Shown: positions 54,132 through 64,000 of the stretch, one piece after another
How positions within the stretch are numbered: the first letter of the stretch is position 1
Layout of the letters: every line of letters starts with the position of its first letter
Source: Proteromonas lacertae
Lineage: Eukaryota
Direction of reading: 5' to 3'
NCBI GenBank assembly: GCA_002245135.1
Contig: NGBS01000583.1
Span: 310,001-374,000, forward strand
DNA: 64,000 bases
Program-made: the position numbers and the translations under genes
The notes under the pieces: generated by a model
What the model was told of the DNA's origin: nothing
Databases searched by the model: none
What the model saw: only the letters and a program-made list of their open reading frames with translations

Positions 54132-54471
54132 TTTAAAATACCAACCCCAACGGATATATTTTTTTAATCTAAGGTAAAGAAATTAATAGAAGTTTTTAGT
54201 GTTTCAAAAAAATAGATTAGACCAATACCATAGAATAAATACTTTAATCAATCATTTATGGACTTCGCAAAATATAAGAGAGTTACAGAAGAAATCGCGA
54301 TTTACATTGCAGAGTTTATATGATTAAATGAAATAATAACAATGTCCCACTTATTTTGAAAAATAAAAAAAACACAAGCCTGTAACTTACTCAAGCCATA
54401 TTTTATTTTTTTCTTTAATAATTCGTTGTAGAAGAATAAATTCTCCATTTTGAAAGTATCATTAGCACAAT

Positions 54472-57102
54472 ATGCCTGAATTCCGTTCAAAATGGTCAAA
54501 AAAAGTGGCTGGTTACATAACTACCGTTTTATCTGATAAGAAAAGCATCGAAAAAAGAATGGAATCTTTGGAAGCATTACAACCATATTTAGCAATAAAT
54601 CAATTAGGTATCTTAAACTTTATATTGATAGATTATTCATCACCTGAAGAAGAGGCAGTAGCAAAAGATTTATTACTCCAGTTGTGGGATAATTTAGTAA
54701 CAAATGTTTTTATTGTATTATACATAATTATTGTGTGTATTATTTAAATTCTTTAGGTTGACAGTGATTATAGAGCTACATATTATCATTCTCTATGGGG
54801 AATAATAAATCACAAAGAATTAGAAATGACTGCAAATGGATATCTTCATGGAGATGATAAAATTGATCCAGATACTCCAGGTCATAAAATAATTATAAGA
54901 TATAAAGAATTGTTAGTAAAAACATGGAATATATGTTCAGGAGTGTTTGTAAAAGCAGCAATGGCACTACAGGATGAAACATTTTGTTCACAAATGTGTG
55001 TTGTTTGCTATACCTCATTTGAAGCAGTAAGATCAGAGTTTAATAAATATTTTTCATCTCAAACACCGCTTTGTGATGATGATTTAACTCCAATTTGTAG
55101 ATTAAAAGATGTACCATTTGAATATGAAGATAAAATGAAAGAAGATCCATCAGAAAAGAACATATTCTTCATAAAACATAAAGTAGATAAAGCACACTTT
55201 CCTAAGTTGAGTGATCTTTGTGAATATTGTGAAATTGGTTCAAAGAAAGTATCTGAATTACCGTTATTCCTTGAATCATGTGATAAATATAGAAGGTCAA
55301 ATCCAAATCTATTTTCTTGGGATAATATACCATGTGATTTGAAATTAGATTTTAAATATCTTGATGAATTATTAAACTTGTATAATTATCTATATTATTT
55401 AATTTAATTAATAGTGTAAAACATAAACCTCATTTCTGTTTTGGTTTTGTAAGAGTTATGATGGAACATTATAAGTTTCGATTAGCAGAACCAATACAAT
55501 GGGAGTATTTACCATCGTATTTCCTTATTCTAAGATATATTTTACCACAAATACAAGAATCAATAGTTGGTAGTTATTCAATTGGTCAGTTATATAAAGA
55601 TATCCCGTCCAATACATATCTATCAGCCAATCGTTGTGCATTAGCATTATTAAAGAATGTTCCATTATTAAATGTGATTATTTCAATTGCATTTGAACCA
55701 TGTTCAATAAAAAGAGTAAGTGATGTAGAATCTGCTATGCATACATTAGAATTATGCTTTGAAGAAATTAAAGAAAAATATGATAAAAGTCATTATGAGA
55801 AATATTTAGAAATATTAAATAAAATTGTAGATGATATTGAGAATGCAATTACACCAACGCCAAGATCACCTTCAGTCGTTGAAAAGAAGAGATTGCAAGT
55901 ATGATATCTATTATATATATAAATAGTTTATTGCTGTGTTATGTGATATTCCTCAGTTTTCATTCCCATTTTATATGGTGAAGATTAAAAATGGAATATA
56001 TCCACGATGCTTTGATATTGATAAAGCTATTGAATGGGCAGTACAGAACAGAGTTGCTGATAATGAAGAGGAAGCTACAGTGTTAATGACATCTTTTAGT
56101 CATTCAATACATGTAACAGAATGTATATATTAATATTATACAACAGTTATGATATATAATATAAAATAGTAAAAACTACTGAAAATCCTCCTCAAACATT
56201 TTATTATGTAAAAGAACATCGCCATCACCATACTCATAGGTTTAAGTATTTGGATGAAGGTAAATGGAATTTACCCAAATCATTTAACTTTAAATATTTC
56301 TATGATATAGTTAGTAGATTACTTTCTCAAGATCAATATCAAATAGCCATTCGTGTAATTACTTTTTTATATCATTCAGTTGATGCTTTTCATAGTTCTC
56401 AAAGAGTTCAAGTATATATATTTATTTACATCATAGTTGTTGGATGATTTAATACTGGAAACTCATTTTTGGTCGTTATTTACTCATTGGTATTTCTTAG
56501 TAAGAGATGCTTTTATGACATTTTTAGTATATAAATTGTTCAGAACAAAAAGAGCCAAATTACCAACATTAACACCAATTCAAATCATTGAAATGATGGA
56601 TATGAACGAAGAAGAATATGAATTACAGAAAGTTACAAGCGGTAATTTAAATTCAGCATCACCAATAACCTTACCTCATATGATGTCTTCTAATTCATAC
56701 CATTTTCGTAATAACAGTTATAAGAATAGCAGAAGTAGCAGCAGCAGTAGAATATCTCGATTAGCATCTCATATTTCTACTGTATATAATACAATAACTG
56801 GAAATGAAATTGGTGAATATCCAGAAATATTTGTTGAAGCATTGGATCATGAAGCTATAGCAATTGATATAATGATTAGTAGTAAGTTAGATTCATTGAT
56901 TCAGACAGCTTGTGACCAGTTAAATGATCCAAATGCTGATTTGGTTCCTAAAGAATGTAGAGTGTATATTAAAGATGCTTTAATACAGTATGTTGAAAAA
57001 CTGAAAAAGTACTTTGTAGAAGCTAAAAAGGTTGGAAGAGATGATGAAGTTCCTTGTCCCAACCTTGAATATGTCTCACCTAAGCTCAGAAATGATATAT
57101 AA
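54472..57102 (+). CDS. DUF1765-like helical protein with an inserted DEP domain
   Basis: FWSLFTHWYFLVRDAFMTFLVYK (DUF1765-like); IYPRCFDIDKAIEWAVQNRVADNEEEATVLM (DEP-like); about six introns. Confidence 0.65.
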
Positions 57103-57235
57103 GACTAACTTAAACATAATTATTATCTATTATTTACGTTATTACTTTCTAACAGTTTCTATTATAAAATTTAAAAATTTGTCTCAAACAAGAATCAAAC
57201 GTAATTCAGTTAAAATCTTTTCCTTTATCTATTTA

Positions 57236-59975
57236 ATGACTAAAATATATGGAATAGATTTTGGATCAACCTCAATAGTGATACTCTAGTTGTTTTATTG
57301 AGCCAAATAAAAAATATCCACTGATCAAAATAGTTAATTCGTTACACGGAAAATCTAGTACACCGTATATATTCTATGTTGAAATGTAGGTTGTCTTTGT
57401 CTTATGATGGTAAAAAACTGGATTTTGGTGAAAGTTCGACACATCAAGTATTTTTGTGATAATATCTAATGATTAGGAGGTTAAAGGATATGATCATACT
57501 ATTTGCTGTATTAACGATTTATTTGGGAGGAAATTTCATGACCTACATAGCGATTTAATCAAGAGTCACTTCCCAGAAGAATTAATTTGTGGAGATAATG
57601 GTAGAATCCACATTAAAGTATAATGATATTTTTAATAGAGTTTTTAGTTTGATAAATTATCATTGTCAATAGATGAAGTTATTTTGTTAGTAATGAAAGA
57701 AATATCTGCAATAATAGAAAAGAGTGATGATGAAAAGAGAGAAACTATACCATGTGTTGTTGCTGTATACTGATTATTATTAATTTAATGAATAGTTACC
57801 TTCATACTACAAAGAGAGTACTTTCTTTCGGTTTAATGAACTGTGTAGAGAATGTAAAAGTATTTAATTTTATGAAATTTTAATAGAATTGACTATTGAG
57901 CATATTATACCTTCGCATTATGCTTTGGCTTTGACATATTCTTACCAAAATTGTAGATCACTTATACCAAATACAACACATTATATATTATTAGTAGACT
58001 GTGGATATACACAGTTGACTGTTAGTTTAGTGTGTTATAAATTTGATGGAATGGAAGTAATAGATAGTAAAACAACTACAGAAGTAGGTGGAAGAATTCT
58101 TGATTCTGCTTTAATTGATGATTGTTTGGATAAAATTAGAAAAGAAGTAACAGATTTAGATGGAATAAATGAATCTAAACTGTATTTGAAGGTAAAACAA
58201 GCCATAATTCCTGTCAAACATGCCATTGCACTACCTGGATGTGATGAAGTATATAAATAATACTATTATTTATTTATAGAAAACATTCACAATTAGTGAA
58301 GTAAATGGAGAAGATGATTATGAAGGTATTTATACAAAAGAGAACCTTGAGGACATTATGGATAAGTTGCAATTTGACAAAAAACTATCAGAGTTAATAG
58401 AGAGTGTGTTGAAAAACACTGTGCAAATAATCTACCCAAAAATTGTTCCTGTTATTCATGGTGGTTCAATGAGAATACCATATATGAAGAGAGTGTTATT
58501 ATCAACATTTAGTAACATAACAGGACAACAGTTTCCTGAATTGAATCAAACTCTCAATATGGATGAAAGTGTATCAAAAGGTGCTTGTTCATATTATTTA
58601 TGTTCAACAATACCAATCATTTGGGATTATACTGTGGAACCTGCTGTATCTCGTATTATATTTATTATTCTATTATAATCATTGTTTAGAATCAGCAGAT
58701 CTAAGATTGTCATTATCAAGAAAAACAATAATTGCATTATCAAATGCAGCAGATGAAAAAATAACAGGAAATTCTGCAATTAATCAAATAATTCAAACCA
58801 AAAATGAAATAGAATCAGATTTGTATGAATATAGAAGATCAGTTAAAGAGATAAACGAACATATGCATCAAATAGAACAAGAGATAAACAGTAGAATTGA
58901 GTGGTTAAAATCTCATCAAAAAGAAACAAAAGCTGTTTATGATAATGAACATTCAATTAATAGAGATAATTTTTCAAGTCTATCAGTTTTATTAGTATAG
59001 AATTTATTAATTTATGTATTTTGTATAGGATGTATTGAAGGGAAATCCCTTTGATTTACAAATTGCTTTATCAAAGCTGATGTATATTGTTGTCGTTATT
59101 ATGCTATTGTATAGAATTGAAACAAGACAAAAATTAGATGAAATACCTATATCTGCTCAAAAGAAATATCTACCCACTATTCAAGAGATAGAAAAATGGT
59201 ATTTAACATCTGATAATATATCATCCAAAATAATTGAAGAAAAAATACAGTATAAATATATTATAGTTATTCTCTTACCATAATTCAATAGAAAAATTCA
59301 AGCTATACTTCCAGCAATTGATGAAGAATTACCACTAGAAAAGCTTGAAATGAGTGTTATTAAAGGAATGTATATCTATCTATCTATATATGTTATACAT
59401 TCTCTAGTCAACAATTAGAAACAGATGTTCATAATTCACCAGTAAAAGTCAAAATGCAATCAGGGATTGATGTTCTGAAAGATGATTATGCGAATACTAT
59501 TAAAAAGTGTAAAACTCCTACAAAAAGAGATTTGTTAAGGTTGAACCATCATATTTCATCTTCGAGAAAATCATTGAAAAATGAATTATCACAAGCTGAA
59601 TATAGTAAAGGAATCGAATTGCTTATCAAGAAATTGTAATATTATATCTATAATAATTAATAGAAACGATATTCAGAAGAGTTTATCTTCATATACAACA
59701 GTCACTTCAAAAATAGAAGTTAGTGTCAAAGATATAAAAGAGTACATTACAAAGTACACTTGGAATGATGTAGAAGTGAAAGGATTGAGTGAAAGGTTAG
59801 ATAAAATTGTAGTATGATATACATTTTATTTTAATCTTACAAATAGAAAAGAATCGAACATAAAAAACCACATACAGAGGAAGAAGCTGTTCATATTCTG
59901 TATAAATCAATATTATCAATTATTATACATAGAAGTCGTTTTCTTAAGCATTATAAACATAGTTTACCTACTTAA
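57236..59975 (+). CDS. Divergent Hsp70/Hsp110-family protein without the substrate-binding beta-sandwich
   Basis: GIDFG, STP, VDCG, VGGRILD, HGGSMRIP, TLNMDESVSKGA; lid-like KNEIESDLY follows about 50 aa later; many introns. Confidence 0.8.
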
Positions 59976-60075
59976 ATAAAATAATATTAGGCTTTATTTC
60001 TTTCATCATTTTTTTATATGGTGCGAAAAAAATATGTGGGTGCGAAAATTAGAGTAAACTAAATTTGAGTGAATA

Positions 60076-63000
60076 ATGGACCAGCTTCAAAAAGACCTAA
60101 AACAGGTGGAGGATTATTTAGGAATAAAAGTATATCCAAAACGAGTGGCTACTCTGATGAATACTTCACATAGTGACAAGATAAATGCTTTTCGGTCTAG
60201 ATTACCAGTATTAATATTTTATAAAATATATTAGACAATAAAAAAATATGTAGTTAAGAGGAGAATGTGTTTGGATGTTGCGTATTTCTGTATTTTTTTA
60301 GTTTATAGCAATAAGATATATAACATCAAAAAAACAGATGAACTAAACATAATAATAAACGAATATAAGGATAATGTACTTCCAGATGGAGTTGATGAAG
60401 AGGATGTGAAAGATTTGACGACAAAGATAAAAGATATGTTTTCAGAAGATAATATACCAATTTTAATAAAGTTTTATGAAGATAAAATGTATTTTAATTC
60501 TATTTATTTTGATAATTTAGAAATGATTTTCACAATCACTATAAAAGCTGTAATTTTTATGGTGCATCGATCAGTGATGATATAAAAGATTATTATGAAA
60601 CTAAAATGAAAATGGAATTCAAAGCATGTACTGAAGTTCCACTGAAAGAATGAGTTTAATGAGTTATATAGAAACATCTTTACAATTGAATCAGTAGAAA
60701 GAATTGAAAAGATACAATATAATGAAGATAATTTAAAATATATAGATTATATTGATCTATACAGAAAAGAACTGAAGATGTTGGATTGTAGTGTAAATAC
60801 AGGAAGAACACCATATAATTTATCTCGTAAAAGTTTTAACAATGTTCACACATCTCCAAAAGATGCTTATAATAAGTTATGTCATGATTTCCCAATTCAA
60901 GGAACAATATAGGGAAATATTTAAATGTGTAGAAGAAGCATATGAAAATGTTATGGAATCGATGAAGAATGATGATATAAGAAGGAGGTATAATAGATTA
61001 AATGAGTTTAAAATTAAATTACCACCTACACAAAAGCAATATGATGAATTAGAAGGAATAAGAAAAGAAATTACTGAATTTAGTGATGAATTAAGTAGAA
61101 TAAAACCTCCTGATGGATATTGTAATTATAAAAATGAAGTGTATAAATTGTAAAATCTAATAAATAGAGAATCATTTCAATCAAAAATAGATAGAGTAAA
61201 GAGAAATATAAGAGAATCATTATCATTTTTAAAAGATATGTTTGATAGATTTGAGAACGAGAAGAGAATATCTAATGAAGCTTCAGAAAATCCTACAAAA
61301 TATAGTGATAGAGAATATCAAGAGAAGATTGATCGAATCAAAGAAGAAAAGGAGGCTTTATCAGTATATTATATGATTCTATATTGGGAATAGATATTCT
61401 ATGGATATTATACCTCCATCACACAACTCTTAAATACTATGAAGAACATATATCCAAATAGTAAAAAGAATAAAGAGTTCTTTCCTGAACATAGCAATTA
61501 TTTGAAGAAAACTACTGCAGAAAAGATATTCAAAATGAATGATAAAAGCTATAAGAGTATATATGAAGAAGGAAATGATATTAATTCTTTACTAAGAGTA
61601 TATTAATATTTTATCATATTACATAGCAAAGATTTGAAGTTATTAATAAGATATATAGGGAATTGTATAATTATATTGCATTATATATATATATATATAT
61701 ATCTTTAATAGTGAAGAAATGAAAAAATCATTCAACCATTTAAAGAATCAACCAATCAGAATTCTTGATTGGCAGGATCTACCTGAGAAATATGCAAAGT
61801 TAGAGGATAATATAAATTCTCTAAAGTCATATAGTAGAATAACAGAGCAAAATTTGAATCAATTATATAACGATTTGCTTTATCTTACAAAAAGAGTAAA
61901 TGAAAAAGAAGAAACAATAATAAAGGCAATAAATACAAAATTAGAATCAATTAAGAATTTGTTGTATAATAATAAGTGAATATATACTTATACAATAGAT
62001 TATCTGTTAAGAATAAGTTGGAGTCAAATAGTTCGTCTATTGATACATCTGTATATGTAAATATTTGTAAGGAAGTAAAAGATTGGTGTGATACACATTC
62101 AACTGAGAATACTAACTATGATGAAGCTGATGTAATTCAAGCTAAGATAAAAACTACAGAAAAGGAATTAAGAATTAGTATACAGATCAGTGAATTGAGA
62201 AGCGAATTGTATTATATATATATCACTTTTATCTTAATAATAGTGATAAATTAAAGAATGAAGTTAAACAAATTAATGATATTGATGTTAAAGAATATAT
62301 TTTTAACATTGAAGATAATGAAAGAGAATTGAATGAGATGAATGTGAAAACAACAACAATAAAAAAATGTAACGAGTGTATGGAAAGAATAGAAAAAATA
62401 AATAATGATCTTCATTTGTACATTAAAAAAATAAGGGATATAAAAAAGGATTTTGATTCATTACATTCAATCTAGTATGTCTATTTGTATTATATTGATA
62501 AATAGTAATGAATATGATAATCAGCTGAAATTATGCCCAAATAATTACAGTTTAACTGATTATCGTAACTTATTAGAAGAAATGAGTCAGTGGATTGAAA
62601 AGCACACTATCTATAATTGTACAAGTGAAGAAATCAATAAAATGATTAGAAGATTAAAAGAAAAAAGCGAAACATTACCATCAGAAATAGATAAATTGAA
62701 TGAAATTAATGATTTAATCACTCAAATCAAGTTTTCAATATCACAATTGAATAATAGGATAAAAGAGAATAACAAACAATACGACTTATCTGATTTTGAA
62801 GAATCTTTTAAGAGATTATATAAATCTGTTGGGAAATTGAATGTGAACAAGTCAGACATTGATAAATGTTATGAACTACTATCTAGTATTGATGATGAAA
62901 ATGAAAAATTACTGTCTTATTTGAAAGACAAAGATACAATTTCCTCGATTATTAATTCTATTGAAGCAGTGATTATATCATGTGAATCTGATTTGACTGA

Positions 63001-64000
63001 AGGCAGATACAAATCATTACAATCATTTGAGGAGAAAATAAGCACAGTTTCTGGTTGGATAAAGAAGAATCCTTTGAAGAGTAAAACTGCGCTATCAGAG
63101 TATTCAAAAAGGTCAGAAGAAATAGAAAGAATAAGAAATGAAATGGATTCGCAATTGGATGTGTTGGATCATCAAAATAAGATTATTAATAAATTGTATA
63201 TTTATTGTAAATTAAAATTAATTATTCAAAATAGGAATGGAATGAAAAAACAAGAAGAATATAGAGATTGTGTTTCTTTTGTTGAATATGTAAATATAAT
63301 TATCGATAAGGCTGGAAACATAAACAATTTGACTGAAGTAACAAAATTATATAATGAACTACCTAGATGTTTTAATCTACATCAGCAGATAAATAACAAT
63401 TTGTATATAATATACAATGTTTTAATATGATTTAGAGAAAAGTACAAAGTATTATATAACAACTTAATTAAGATGATGAAAAAGAATAAAACTAGCTACA
63501 CAGAAATTGATAACTTTTATCAAGAAATTGTATCAAAAACTAATCCTTTTCAGTTTAAAACAACAGCATTATCACAATTCATAGAAGTTGATCAAAGATT
63601 CACAATAATGTTGATAAAATTAAATGAAAAAATAGATGAATATAGATATTACCTTCTAAATTCTATTTATACAACTCAAATAAATGTATTCACAAGCGAT
63701 TTAAAAGCAGTGAATAAATACTCTGATGATTTGCTTCGATTTAATTCACAATTAACAATGAGACAAACGACAATGTCAACGATGAGGAGAACTATTAGTT
63801 CATTAAATGTAGAATCATTATATTCTTCACTTAGAATATTTAATAGATTATATGTATTATTTCTATTACTATAAAATAATTATAATGTATATATAGATTA
63901 TATGGAAATCTTCATTTGATGAAATAGTAAATAATATACAGTGTTTACTTTCCAATTCTCATTCAAATTATAAAATATATAGTAAATATGTATCCTTTCC
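60076..64000 (+). CDS. Long helical-repeat protein with Hsp70-lid-like W-containing repeats; runs off the window; contains frame breaks
   Basis: Spliced ORFs; repeats EVKDWCDTH, EMSQWIEKH, TVSGWIKKN each followed by a K..ELE-like helix. Confidence 0.5.
63990..64000 (+). other. Probable U12-type GT donor (GTATCCTTT); intron cut off by the window end
   Basis: Consensus minor 5' splice site at a codon boundary of the open exon. Confidence 0.55.

Noticed and set aside
54608..54631. GTATCTT donor as another U12 intron
   Set aside because: Only 24 nt with no clear branch box; it fits the major-intron size class or may be coding.
1..64000. Prokaryotic systems, transposons or bacterial contamination
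   Set aside because: The bacterial-like domains sit in genes with spliceosomal introns and host composition; no transposase, integrase, rRNA or CRISPR array was seen.

Overview
Very AT-rich, gene-dense eukaryotic DNA (GC roughly 20-25% by eye, not computed). It holds about 26 protein genes split by about 140 mostly 22-45 nt GT-AG introns, so the ORF track is fragmented; I rebuilt the gene models by hand. Tiny introns, TGTTTGTT-like elements after stops and short minor introns suggest a Blastocystis-like opalinate stramenopile (inference). Recognisable genes: two inverted FAM161-like paralogs, TVP23, a CCDC93 C-terminal-only protein, Erf4/GOLGA7-like, a TPR-sulfatase fusion, NOXRED1, INTS4-like, TMEM107 (absent from the ORF track), an aldo-keto reductase, Sct1/Gpt2-type GPAT, tRNA-Glu(TTC), an LC8-family dynein light chain, an NWE-motif protein, a TBCC/RP2-like protein, HID1, a laminin-B/LamG protein, a DUF1765+DEP protein and Hsp70 derivatives. 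Highlights: (1) two class C GPCR-like receptors carrying tandem arrays of bacterial UrtA/AmiC-type binding domains (about 3 and about 9 copies), the larger next to a circularly permuted, probably GPI-anchored family-3 binding protein; (2) six U12-type intron candidates with AT-AC, AT-AT, AT-AA and GT termini; (3) several cilium/centriole genes; (4) a tail-anchored pseudo-sulfatase; (5) recurrent GCTTGA and CGTT motifs next to start codons. All family calls come from recalled motifs, not database searches.
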